Positions 14,801 to 26,461 of a stretch of DNA of 64,000 bases are shown one piece after another; positions within the stretch are counted from its first letter, which is position 1, and every line of letters starts with the position of its first letter. The DNA is from Cirrosporium novae-zelandiae (lineage: Eukaryota). Position numbers and translations under genes: made by a program. Location of the stretch: assembly GCA_026023565.1 (NCBI GenBank), contig JAPETS010000019.1, forward strand, positions 496,001 through 560,000, in the 5' to 3' direction. The notes beneath the pieces are model-generated. The model had not been told where the DNA came from. It saw nothing but the letters and a program-made list of their open reading frames with translations, and made no database searches.

Positions 14801-15232
14801 AATCATCTGTTTTATCTCCTCGAACATGCTCTGTTGTGACTGTACAGACTTGATCAGATCCCTATACTTGTAGTGGGCATCACCACTGCCGGCACTGAGG
14901 TCGGGATAGTCCTTGTGGACAGGAATGACATTGAGAACTATTTCAGAGGCGATCAGATGCTCAACGTAGGCTAGGTCAATGCGCTTGAAAGAAACATAAC
15001 TATCGGCTCTCTGTTTTGCTTCCTCGGCATTCCTCACAAGAACCCGGATCGGAAGATTTATATTTAGGCTTGTTGATGCATATGCTTGTGCAGTTAACTC
15101 CTTGATGGAAGGATATCTCCTGCCAGCCTTTCCACCTTGATTGCTTAAATTATTTCCATAGGCCCCATTTATTCCGTTATAGCTTACATTAGCTCTCGGG
15201 TCAGGACCAGTCCACGAAGCACGGACGCTCAT
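11825..15232 (-). CDS. DOA4: USP-family ubiquitin C-terminal hydrolase with rhodanese domain (Doa4/Ubp4-like)
   Basis: Single ~1135-aa ORF: rhodanese-like ILLIDVRSRQDFDTGHI, Cys box GLVNYGVTCYMNA, QQDAKEF, His box HLGRSGNGGHY. Confidence 0.9.
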   Translation of the reverse strand: MSVRASWTGPDPRANVSYNGINGAYGNNLSNQGGKAGRRYPSIKELTAQAYASTSLNINLPIRVLVRNAEEAKQRADSYVSFKRIDLAYVEHLIASEIVLNVIPVHKDYPDLSAGSGDAHYKYRDLIKSVQSQQSMFEEIKQMIIDDNETEVQPSFSSPSRQSMGSPHRSRRSIQTPYPDGSALPMPDGRPDSLSHGNENGQLYSVIERPSSQSDSRPSSSSGSPRMKPVISPKPKNLHGRLISLGDASTKPPPGSLVQRFARLRVAGSSDPGVGPHPTSPQTNGGRIEMPSAFDSRSSISSQTSGTYAPLPYGRDSSHRPIGPREMPITSSGPPPPPKIPLSSALPSLPRAPSPTYSPARNVSSIIPLEPDNHERNSSIMDGIDGRLPMKISRTSSSYGESGNGYNHNPMDRAMETRTPTPTPRIPEVSSGDGITVDTLYEYLRKYRILLIDVRSRQDFDTGHIFSSSIICVEPLDLRSGMSAEDLEERLIISPDNEQKLFERRNEYDLVVYYDEGTRSTDYLRGSPIDNDAPVLRAIYDTLYEFNYYKPLQRAPVMLLGGLEAWADLVGPQALATSQTAALIGSTQQRHSVARKGRPIGRVSMASQNSSLEVRRRRLREYKPLNADEERAWLEKAKGEGVAAPDYQRMSVDRDSIEEESYEEEPPSPFIHSYEDFLRRFPEPSSIQESMVMPSIPSVPPSAFESVPPLSHEPSRPPPALSRPSYSGVSERGQSYTVPLARQASASRPPLYSSASMLQRLKLPRTGLVNYGVTCYMNATIQCLNATVVLSKFFLDNRWVEFVQRNWKGSQGVMPQIYANLIRNLWQEDCQAIRPTTFRKFCGRLNREWGIDRQQDAKEFFDFLVDCLHEDLNVNWERTPLKPLSTKEELIRERMPMHVVSKNEWDRYSHREHSLISSLFAGQHASRLRCTTCNWTSTTYEAFYSISVEIPRSGVGDIYQCLNSYTKEEMLSGDEVWKCPNCKCEREAYKKITLTRAPEFLVVHFKRFSASKTEAARKVHTPIEFPLYGLNLGPFMLPPPTPEVAQRLEFLNGINKVDPATTAPFTYDAYAVMRHLGRSGNGGHYIALVKDGARGCWRKFDDDRYTDFDPHKLRPDQRLQNEEAYIVFYTRAPAR

Positions 15233-16081
15233 CGTGACCCGAGTTCCCAAAGCGAGGACGTTGCAATTAAGCTGGCTTGTAAGAACAGGACCGCTGCTTT
15301 AGTAACATCCTGCACCATGAGGAGCGCTCAAGGAGACGCTCATAGGAAGGCCTTTTTTTTTATCAAGTCTCCCAGTTATATTTCGTCACTAGGCATACGG
15401 AGGGGGGTGGGGGGGGGGGGGGGCAAGGGCGAAGTCGAGGGGGATAAGATGAGAGAGGGGGGCGGTAAAAGGTTTTGTCAGGTGTTGTATCCGACCGAAG
15501 TAGAAGTGAGAGTTTCAAGAAGTTGAAGTTGATAGAAACAAAGTATTATAAAAGGAGAAAGGTAAAGGCGATTTAGGTAGCAAGTTAGAAGAGCTGGAGA
15601 ATTGTATAAAAAGTTTGGCTGCCGGTAGTAGACTGTGGGATCTTGGAGGTGACGACGATGCCTGATCAGATTATCAAAGCCGCCTAAATTGGTTCAGTGC
15701 CATTCTCAGTTTGTGGCATTAGAGTGAATTCGTCATAGGGTTGTGGTATGGAACCTTTTTTCGCTTGTTCGCTTGGTCATTGGGGTCATTGGGGTCACAT
15801 CACTGGGCACTCACTGGCTCAAACTGGTCGGCATCTTGGGCTTCGGGCGGGCAATTACTACAGGCTCCCCCAAAAGGTGTCTCAGCAGCAAGCCTAGGTA
15901 ACCAGAAAAGCTACAGCTCTCAACTATCTCTCTTCTCTGGTACTTTCTACATCGCCTTCCTTTACTATTCCTTATCCCAAATTTATCTCCACCAGCTTCC
16001 ATACTTCACCGCCAACATCCACCAGAGGTCGGGTTCCCCTCTTTAATACTCAATCACAACTTGTGCGACCAGCCCGCCACT

Positions 16082-18552
16082 ATGGCCGGATGGTTTACTT
16101 CAGGCACCTCTGCTCTCGATGAGCAGATTGAACGTGCTACTTCTTCGAGCTTGTAAGAATTGGTCGACCTGCAATGCTTCCATGATGCAGGCTAAAAATA
16201 TCTAGGGAAGATATCGCGTTGAACCTAGAGATCTCCGATTTAATACGCTCCAAAACCGTTCAACCAAAGGATGCAATGAGATCTTTAAAACGTCGACTAG
16301 GCAACAAGAATCCCAATATCCAAATTGCAACTTTGAAGGTGAAAGCATCCCTCGAATCGCCTATCCCTTCACAATGCTGATCCTAACCCTCTAGCTCACC
16401 GATACCTGTATAAAGAATGGCGGCACTCATTTCCTCGCCGAGATCGCTTCGAGAGAATTCATGGATAATTTGGTGTCAATGTTGAAGGCTTATGGAGGTG
16501 CAGCGTTAAATGATGAAGTGAAGAATAAGATACTTGAGTTGGTGCAGTCGTGGGCGAGTGCCACCCAAAATCGAGGCGATCTATCATATGTGGGAGAGAC
16601 TTATAGGAGTCTGCAAAGAGAAGGATTCAGATTTCCTCCCAAGGTGGAAGTTGCTAGTAGCATGCTAGACAGCAGTGCTGTATGTTCCATACACTTGAAT
16701 TATCAGCGGAAAACAGTGCTAATCTCAGACGTGGCAGCCTCCGGAATGGATCGATTCGGACGTTTGTATGCGCTGCCGGACGCCTTTTAGTTTCACGAAC
16801 CGCAAGCATCATTGCAGGAACTGTGGAAATGTCTTTGATGCTGCTTGTTCTAGCAAGTCGATACCTCTTCCGCATCTTGGAATAGTTCAACCGGTCAGGG
16901 TCGACGATGGCTGCTATGCAAAACTGACCGAACGTCCTCGCGCGATTTCTTCACCAAAGCCAAATAAGCTACACTCAACCCGATATAAGTCTATGCAACC
17001 GCGAGGCGCGCGGGTGGAGGATAGTTATGATGACGATCTGAAGCGTGCTCTCGAGATGAGTCTAGAGGAAGTCAAGGGTCGATCTGGTTCAGGATATGTT
17101 TCACAATCACAGATTCAAAGTCAACACCAGACTGCTCCGAATGTGGCTTCAAAACCCGCGATCACTCACGAAGAAGATGAGGACCCTGAACTTAAGGCGG
17201 CTATTGAAGCATCTCTAAGGGATATGGAAGAACAAAAAAAGAAACACGCCGCCGCCTTGAAACAGACGTCTGGAAAGGCTACTACTCCATCAGCTTCTAA
17301 TTTTGTGATGCCTAAGAATGACTACGAGTTGACCCCTGTCGAAGCAGAAAACATTAACCTTTTTGCCACTCTAGTTGATCGACTTCAACATCAGCCGCCA
17401 GGGACCATACTCCGAGAACCGCAGATTCAAGAGCTGTACGATAGCATTGGTGCTTTGAGACCTAAGCTGGCAAGGACATATGGGGAGACCATGAGCAAAC
17501 ACGGTAGGTTTTGCCACAGTGGCTAAGCAATGCTGAGATTCTAATATTTGGTCGTAGATACTCTGCTTGACCTTCATGCCAAACTTTCCACTGTAGTTCG
17601 ATACTATGATCGAATGCTCGAAGAACGCCTTTCAAATACCTATAGCCAGCACAGTCTAGGTGGCTATGGTTCACCGTCATATGCGCCGGCCCAGAATAAT
17701 ATGTATCCAGCGTTGGCCAATAACGTTCCAAATGGACACAACGGCACCGAGAATTATTATACCGGTAATGCTCCTCCTGCTAACCTCTACGCGCAACAAG
17801 CCCCTTTCAACGCTGCGGCATATCCTCAATCGCCACAAACTACCGGACCTGCAAAGGGATATGACCAACCCTCTTCACCCACCATGCAGCGGCAGTCACT
17901 AGGCAGAAGCTCCTCTACAGTTCAGTATAATATGCCACCATCGCAGCCTCTGGGTCCATCTTATACCGGAGAACCGCAATACCCTCCACAAAATCGCCAG
18001 GCTTCTCAGCCAGTGGTTTCGCCAATAACATATGGACAACAATATCCTCCCCAGACACCCCTTGCATCGGCAGGACCGGATGGTTCGTCATATTACACCG
18101 AGAATGCGGAACCCAGTGTACCTCCTCAAAATCCCGATTCACGGTATACTCCACAGTACTCTTCGAATGATAATTATCCACAGCTTCCACCCAGCGGGCA
18201 AGAGACGCAAACTCAACCCCAGTATCCGCCTCAGCAAATGCAAAATCCCCAATTTATTCCACCTCAACCTCAACAACCGCAGCCACAACCGCAGACACAA
18301 CCGCAGCCACAACCGCAGACCCAGCCACCGTCACAGCCACAACAAGTCAGCCCGCCATTTGAAACCCAACCTCAGTGGACCCCACCAGCGCCCATGCAGC
18401 AACCGCAACAGCAGCAGCCAAATTATCAAGCCCAGCAACAGCACAATATGACGTACCCCACTTACCCATCATACAGCCAGGAATCTTTCCCTGTTGTTCC
18501 ACAACATCAACCTCGGCCAAAAGTAGTGGAAGAGAGTTTGATTGAACTTTAA
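16082..18552 (+). CDS. VPS27: ESCRT-0 subunit Vps27/Hrs (VHS-FYVE-UIM-UIM-GAT, Gln/Pro-rich tail)
   Basis: VHS exons ([23 protein letters not shown]...), [13 protein letters not shown], two UIMs ([24 protein letters not shown]), C-terminal clathrin box LIEL*. Confidence 0.95.
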
Positions 18553-19184
18553 TTGTTTGCAATATCAGCATTGGCGTGGGTTCGGTATTCAATCATTGAT
18601 TCGTAAGTTATGATAAAGACAGTGGCTGCTGCCCGTATGCATTCTTGGGCATATCAACTTGGGGGTGGGGGTTTTCATGCATGATCAATCACAGTCAATA
18701 CCAATAGTTGTTTTTCTCTGGTTCTTTATTTTAGGCAACCTAGTTAGCTTGAGAACAGTGTAATATGTAAGAATTAGCCTTGAAGGCCCTCCGAGGGAGA
18801 TGGCTCTAACGTTATTCATCGTCCCATGTTTTATAGAAGGTACAATTTACAATCAGGGTATTAGGGTTTCACGGCCCTAGTGAGAGGATATGATCTTGGC
18901 GTGTCGGGTAGACCCGCAAGGCACAGGGTACTGTGAGCTAAGTTGACTTTAAAATACTGAGAGCCCCATCAGCCCCCAAAAGCCCCAAAAGCCCCACTAT
19001 TTGGAAGTCGACCAAATGATCTCATCATATTTTACTATTACTACACGTATGAAAGTACCGTACATTTCATTATTTAAAAACATCTTACTCGAAATTATCT
19101 CACCTATTTGAAAAACCACTCTTCATCAAATATCCTTCTCACATCCATTTTCCCTCAATACGTTTCTCAACGCCAGCATTCGCA

Positions 19185-21921
19185 ATGTCACGACATAGGC
19201 TTATTAAGAATCTCGACTTAGATGAGGAACTAGACGACTACGACGGAGGGACTTACTACGATGACGAAAAGAAGGATGGAGAAAACGACGAAATGAGCCC
19301 AGAAGACAAGGAACAAATGCGAGTAGGCACGATACAGGTTCGGGAGGCGCTAGGTATGGACGCGCCAGTCACAGAAGAGCAAATACAAGAGGCACTATGG
19401 CACTATTACTACGATGTTGGGAAATCTGTGACATATTTAAATAACAAATTTGTCAACCCCCCACCACGGAAACAGAAAAAGACTAGTACTACAGCAGAGA
19501 AGAATTCGAAAGGTATGTATACTGTCTCTTTCCCTTGGACCTCTCCTTCCTATTCTGCCTTTCCATGGATTTGCGTTCCAAATTAGCACTTCACCCCCAA
19601 GGCAGTCTTGTCATCCCAAGGCTTCCTTAGTAATGCACTTTGAAGCAACAGATACCATAACAATAAAAGACCAAGCATACCCCAAGCCTTTATCTACACT
19701 TGACTTTTTCAAAGATACGCCTTTCCTCAATGTTCCCCCAGAACGACTTTCCAGAATCACTATTGAACCGTTGTGTCCTCGGGGGGGTCTTTTGGGAGGA
19801 AATCCAGCGTCCTCTGGAGGGAAGGTTTCAAAACTTGCTGCTCTAGCAGCAGCCCGGAAAAGAGAGAACGCAAAGCTATCGTCACAAGCCCCAGCATCAG
19901 AAAAGAGTAGCTCGGTGGCACTGCTAGATAAGCTTGTGCCAAGAACAACCTCTCAAATGGAGCCAGAAAGAAAGCCCACGAAAGGTCTTACAGACCTTAC
20001 CAATACACCATCTCAAGTTCATCCCTCAAGCCGAAGCTATCCTATTCGCCAAAAAAGAACACCAAGTCCAGATAAGCCACCTGCGAAACCAGAACCAGTA
20101 TTTGCAAGAGTTCAACATGAAGACATACATGATCACCGGGAGGCTTTTGACTACCGAGCTTCACCTTCAGATTTTGCCAAAGCATTATTGGGCTCGTCCA
20201 GAAACACACCCAACGTTTTGGAAGGGAGCGACTTCGTTGTTTGCGTGCAGCCTATCGGTGAAAAGCCCGCTGATTTGTTCGATTTCGCAGACCCAAGCCC
20301 TGATGATATTGTGCTAAAGGCTCAAAACTCAAAAGGTATGCAGAGGATCCTAATGCGAGTGTAGTATAATTTATGGCTAGAGATAAGCCCTGAAGTTCTC
20401 CCGGTGATCGTATGTTATCCCTTGAACATCAACAATCGACCGAACTTTATAAGATAATGGGAGCCTTCTAACAGAACCCGGCTGCGTGTTTTCTCGCCTG
20501 CATTTGACCGAACAATTTTCCAAGGCAGTACTAATATTATTATAGATTCCAAGAAAGCTCCTCCAAAACCAAAGACCAAAACGAAAGACTTAGCCAATGA
20601 CGTTAGCCAGTTATCTATACAGGAAACCCCCAAGCCCAAAAGCAAGAAAATCGATGTCCTATCTGCATATAACTCTTCCAAACGAAAGAAATCTGCAAAT
20701 TTCGTGGTGATCGGCCACGTTGATCATGGAAAAAGTACACTCATGGGACGCCTTTTGTACGACCTGAAAGCCGTGGATCAGCGAACAATCGACAAGTATC
20801 GGAGAGAAGCTGAGCAGATAGGGAAGGGGTCCTTTGCCCTGGCATGGGTCCTTGACCAAGGAACCGAAGAACGGAATCGCGGCGTGACCATCGACATTGC
20901 TTCAAATACCTTTGAGACCGAGGAAACAAAATTTACCATCTTAGATGCGCCTGGCCATCGAGACTTTGTACCCAACATGATTGCAGGAGCAAGCCAGGCT
21001 GATTTTGCTGTTTTGGTCATTGACGCCAGCACGGGAAGCTTCGAGTCCGGGTTGAAAGGGCAAACCAAAGAGCATGCCATGTTAGTCCGTAGCATGGGGG
21101 TACAGAGAATAATCATTGCAGTGAACAAAATGGATACCATTTCCTGGTCCCAGGAGCGTTTTGAGGAGATCCAACAGCAAATGTCTGGGTTCCTGGCATC
21201 TGCTGGGTTTCAGACAAAGAACGTCTCATTTGTTCCGTGCTCCGGCCTTACAGGTATCAATATTGCCACCAGATTAGATGCTAAGATAGCACCATGGTAC
21301 TCTGGCTCCTCGTTAGTAGAAGAGCTTGAAATGTCCGAGCCCACCGCCCGCGCTCTCACCAAACCCCTTCGCCTCACCATTTCCGACTTATTCCGAGGTG
21401 GTATTTTGAACCCACTCTCCATCACCGGGAGAATTGATAGCGGGACACTACAGGTAGGCGAGGAGATTATTGTCCAGCCAAGTGGTGAAAAGGCTTATAT
21501 CAATGGCGTGGAAGTTGACCACAAACCTGTTGACTGGGCTGTTGCTGGACAAATTGTCACACTACATTTGACCGATATTGATGTCATGCATCTCAAAACA
21601 GGAGATGTTATATGTCCACCAACAAATCCTATCCAACCAGTTACTTCATTTACCATCAAAGTCCTTGCTTTTGATCACCTAACTCCCATGTTTGTCGACG
21701 TACACCGCGGACGTCTTTACACACCAGGTCGCATCACCAAATTATTAGCAGTCCTAGACAAAGGCACAGGAGCAATCACAAAGAAGAAACCTAAGCTCGT
21801 GCAACCTGGGGCCGTCGCGAGGATTGTTGTTGAATTAGATGCTCCGGTCCCGCTTGAGGCGCCAGGACGAGTAATTCTACGGGCTGGAGGGGAGACAGTG
21901 GCAGCTGGGCTCTTAGAATAA
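19185..21921 (+). CDS. HBS1: Hbs1 translational GTPase locus with an internal Ski7-like exon
   Basis: Exon 1 (19185-19512) Hbs1 N-domain IQEALWHYYYDV; last exon (20546-21921) eEF1A-like G-domain GHVDHGKST, RGVTID, DAPGH, NKMD; middle exon (~19631-20335) with SKLAALAAARK, ASPSDFA, FDFADPSPDDIVLKAQ. Confidence 0.92.
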
Positions 21922-22275
21922 GTATGAATGGTGCGAATGGGAACTTCTCGTGGATTTTCGCGCAGGGAAGGTTCCAGATATTTGAAGTCTTTACTACGAG
22001 GTCATATTACATGGTGACCAGAATTACAGATACCCAATAGGATAGGAAAACACGAAACTATTTCAATAACTGTATTGTGATAGCCCTACATATTAAAACG
22101 CGCATGTAATCATAATTAAGAGATGGCATATTAGTCAAAATGGGTCATTTCCCAATCCAAACTGGGACTGTCCATGAGCAGTAGTAGTCGCACTCCTACT
22201 CCTAGCGTTGGATGCTGCATGAGCAGGCCGTAGCATATGCTTTCAAGAATATTTTCCTGTGTAGAAAAGAATGAT

Positions 22276-22845
22276 CTATGAGAAGGGGGGAGCAACCCTA
22301 CCTCTAACAGATCTAGCTCTGTTTTCCGCTTGCTTTATCACATTTCCCTCTCTCATTCTGCCCATGGAGCTCCGTCCTACGTGGGCAGTATGTTGAGCTG
22401 CTGTAGTAAATGCATGCGAATCTAGTCTGCTTCTTTCACCGACCTTTAGATGTGTGGTCTGCCTTGATGGATTAGATACCGAATGACGCCCTGAAAGGTG
22501 TCTGGAAGAACTGGAAAAACGGGCCTGGGTTGTTGGCCGAGTAGCTCGGTGGCTTGATGGAGAGGCAGTAGGATGCTTCTTTGCATACATGCCATCTGCA
22601 TGAATTCTCTTCAGAGCAGAGATGGGGTCTTCCTTCAAGCCAACGTGCATGGCCGCCTTCCGGAGATGCTTGTTATGAGCAGCGTGTATTTCACCTTCTA
22701 GACAGACGACCAAGTGGAAGTTTCAGCTCGGAGGGATAGATAATATAAATCATAGGTAGAAGGAAAGGGAAACTACTCTTAACTTACCAGAGGGAGGCCA
22801 GTTCCCGTGCATTTCACGTATGAATTTGCTGATATGATAACCCAT
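22276..22845 (-). CDS. Small basic hypothetical protein (~160 aa, putative intron 22698-22787)
   Basis: ATG at 22845 (MGYHISKFIREMHGNWPPS), strong GTAAGT donor and a phase-compatible TAG acceptor joining the 145-aa ORF; no recognisable domain. Confidence 0.4.
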
Positions 22846-23833
22846 GGTTGTACAGTACAGTGGTTAGATGGATGGTTGGAGTTTTGTTAGTTGCTTAGAG
22901 AGGATTAGGTGGCAATATAAGAAGAAGAGAGATATATATATCTTCGCTTTCATCATCTGTGAATTTTACTTGAATGGAACCCAATGGTTCCTGGAAGGCT
23001 ATATTGTGGCAAACATGAAAGTGATGATTATTTTTGCATCATAATACCTGGGTTCCCTTGCAATATAGAATAGTTGTCCACATGACATGACAGAGGAACC
23101 GAAGACGGAAACGTTACTGTAATGTTGGCCGAATACTTACTGGTGAATTTACAAATTAATTAATTTCATTCAGAAGTAGAATTTATTAAAATAGGAAATG
23201 GGGTGAATGGGGGGCGAAGGTGAATGGCAAAAAGCCAAGTGGTGGGAAATATCTAGAATGTGCAAGAACAGTTCTGTTTCTACGAATGAGGCTAATGATT
23301 TAGGTGTCCTTTGGTTTGATTACTTACATTGGATTATATTGAAATTTTTTAGAAAATTTAAGAAAACCTCGTCTAAGCTGCGTGTGGTTATCAACATCAT
23401 CTGTGCCTTCTGTGCCTTCTGTGCCTGGATGGAGAATGCCAGAAAGGGTTTAGTGGCTGACTAAGATCAATTAAGGTTGTCTCTATCGGCCCTCTGATTG
23501 GTCTGTGGTCTTTTTGTTAATGTTAAGGCCAGTTGTCGCTTTGAACAGGTAAAAAGACCAAGCTGTCCTGAGTCTTTGGTATTTAATCAACCGACAGGAC
23601 TTGAAGTTTCCTTGTTGGCTTCATTCTTCCTCTACATTCTTCCTCACCACTACTTTATAGAAGTTCAAGTTGCTTGTCTTTTCATTTCTTAATCCTCTCC
23701 CAGTGTTAACATTCTATCTGGTTCCTGGGGCATATCCTTTGGTCCGCTCCTCTTTGAGGCATTACTATAAGTCCTCTGGCCGGTCCATAATTTATTCTCT
23801 CTAAGACCTCTCTGCAAAAAATAGACACATATA

Positions 23834-26024
23834 ATGGCTCGTCAATCACGGCGGGCATCTGCGCCCTTCGCTTGGACTACGGTCTTTTACCTTCTTCTCG
23901 TCCTCGTCTGTCCTCTTGCTTTTCTAGGCACTGCGAACGCACAAAATGATAATGCTGTGCAAGGACCTGGTAAGCCTTTCATCAATTACTCCTGTTTTGA
24001 AAAAAAAAAAAAAATTGCTAACTGGTTTCCCAAAGTCATCGGTATCGATTTGGGAACCACCTACTCTTGCGTCGGTGTGATGCAAAATGGTAAAGTTGAA
24101 ATTCTCACCAACGACCAAGGAAATCGTATTACTCCTTCATATGTGGCCTTTACCGACGAAGAACGATTGGTTGGTGATGCGGCGAAAAATCAATTTGCCC
24201 AGAACCCTGGCCGGACAGTTTTCGATATCAAGCGATTAATTGGTCGCAAATTTAGCGATAAGGATGTTCAGAAAGATATGAAGCATTTCCCCTTCGAGGT
24301 CATCAACAAGGATGGTAAACCATACGTCAATATCGATGTCAAGAAGGAGTCCAAGACCTTCTCCCCAGAAGAAATTTCCGCAATGGTCTTGGGTAAGATG
24401 AAGGAAACCGCCGAATCTTATCTCGGAAAAGCTGTCAAGAACGCCGTCGTCACTGTTCCCGCATACTTCAACGACAACCAACGTCAAGCTACAAAGGATG
24501 CAGGCACTATCGCCGGTCTCAATGTTCTACGTGTGGTGAACGAACCTACTGCTGCGTAAGCGTACCCAATTACTTTTCATTACGATTATCTACTAACATT
24601 TCATAGCGCTATTGCCTATGGTCTGGACAAGACTGGCGATGAAAGACAAATCATCGTTTATGATCTTGGTGGTGGTACTTTTGATGTTTCCCTCCTGTCT
24701 ATCGAAGACGGTGTTTTCGAAGTCTTGGCTACTGCTGGTGATACCCATTTGGGCGGTGAGGATTTCGATCAACGTGTCATCAACTTCTTGGCCAAGAAAT
24801 ACAACAAGGCCAATGATGTTGATATCACTAAGAACCAGAAGACTATGAGTAAGCTTAAGCGGGAGGTGGAAAAGGCGAAGCGTACTCTTAGTTCCCAAAT
24901 GAGTACTCGTATTGAAATCGAAAGCTTCCACGACGGAAAGGACTTTTCTGAGACCCTTACCCGTGCCAAGTTCGAAGAGCTCAATGCCGACTTATTCAAG
25001 AAGACCCTCAAACCCGTTGAACAGGTGTTGAAGGATGCCAAGAAGACAAAGGCCGACATTCACGACATTGTCCTTGTTGGTGGTTCCACCCGTATTCCCA
25101 AGGTCCAACAAATGATTGAAGACTACTTTGGCAAGAAAGCATCCAAGAACATTAATCCCGATGAGGCGGTCGCTTTTGGCGCTGCTGTACAAGGAGGTGT
25201 CCTCGCCAATGAAGATAGCGACGACAGCGGTATCGTTTTATTGGACGTCAACCCACTTACCTTGGGCATCGAAACCACTGGAGGTGTCATGACCAAACTT
25301 ATTCCAAGAAACACTGTTATCCCCACCAGGAAATCTCAGATCTTCAGTACCGCTGCTGATAACCAGCCTGCTGTCTTGATCCAAGTCTACGAGGGTGAAC
25401 GATCGATGACCAAGGATAACAACCTTCTTGGTAAATTCGAACTGACAGGTATTCCCCCCGCGCCCCGCGGAGTTCCTCAAATTGAAGTCTCTTTTGAACT
25501 GGATGCCAACGGTATTCTGAAGGTATCTGCTGGCGATAAGGGAACCGGAAAGAGCGAATCAATTACCATAACAAACGACAAGGGACGTCTTTCTCAAGAA
25601 GAGATTGACCGTATGGTACAGGAAGCGGAGCAGTTCGCTGATGAAGACAAGGCTACCCGGGAGAAGATCGAGGCTCGAAACGGCCTTGAGAACTATGCCT
25701 TTAGCTTGAAGAACCAAGTCAACGATGACGAAGGTCTCGGTGGAAAGATTGATGAAGATGACAAAGAAGCTGTAAGTGCAACCATTGCTAGTTTAGGCAT
25801 GGATCAGGAACTAATATGATGTGCAGATTCTTGAGGCTGTCAAAGAAGCCGCTGATTGGATGGAGGAGAACGCAGCCACGGCTACTACGGAAGACTTCGA
25901 GGAACAGAAGGAGAAGCTCTCGAACGTGGCATATCCTATTACTAGCAAGTTATACGGTGGAGGAGCTGGAGGAATGCCAGACTATGGAGATGATGATGAT
26001 GATGAAGGTCACGATGAACTATAG
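23834..26024 (+). CDS. KAR2: ER Hsp70 chaperone BiP (4 exons)
   Basis: Signal peptide, [46 protein letters not shown]-terminal HDEL*. Confidence 0.97.
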
Positions 26025-26301
26025 TTCTCGATTAAAGGATATAAAAATTTGTTTGGGATGGGTTTCTTTTTTTTTTTTTTCGGTTCCTAGTGAATAATGG
26101 ACAACTGTACTTTAAGATAAGACAGATTCAGTCAGTCAGTCACGGGCGTCGGGGCAAAGTAGCCTTAGGGGACAGGTGATTTTAGAAAACTAGAAATTAT
26201 TCAGTTGCCTAAGATGAATTAGTACTAATGACTCGCATGACTGGGATGACAATAACCTTTAAAGTTACGTTGGTGGCGGAAAGGGACAGAAAGGCTTGGG
26301 C

Positions 26302-26346
26302 GAGTGCACATGTCGGCCTACCATTCCGTGGGCTCGGGCGACCACA
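26302..26346 (+). repeat. Left terminal inverted repeat
   Basis: GAGTGCACATGTCGGCCTACCATTCCGTGGGCTCGGGCGACCACA versus the reverse complement of the right end GACTGCGCAGGTCACCCGACCAGGCGCTAAGCTCGGCCGACCACA. Confidence 0.8.
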
Positions 26347-26461
26347 CGCACTAAAAATTAGTCTCGGTCGACCATTCGAAAAATACTAAGCGAATGGTCG
26401 TATGAACTTTTACCGAAATATCCACACTATCTTTTCAATATCTATATCAAATATCGCCACA

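Noticed and set aside
24236..25562. Antisense ORFs over BiP and other short overlapping ORFs in the track
   Set aside because: Shadow frames of conserved coding sequence with no independent motifs.
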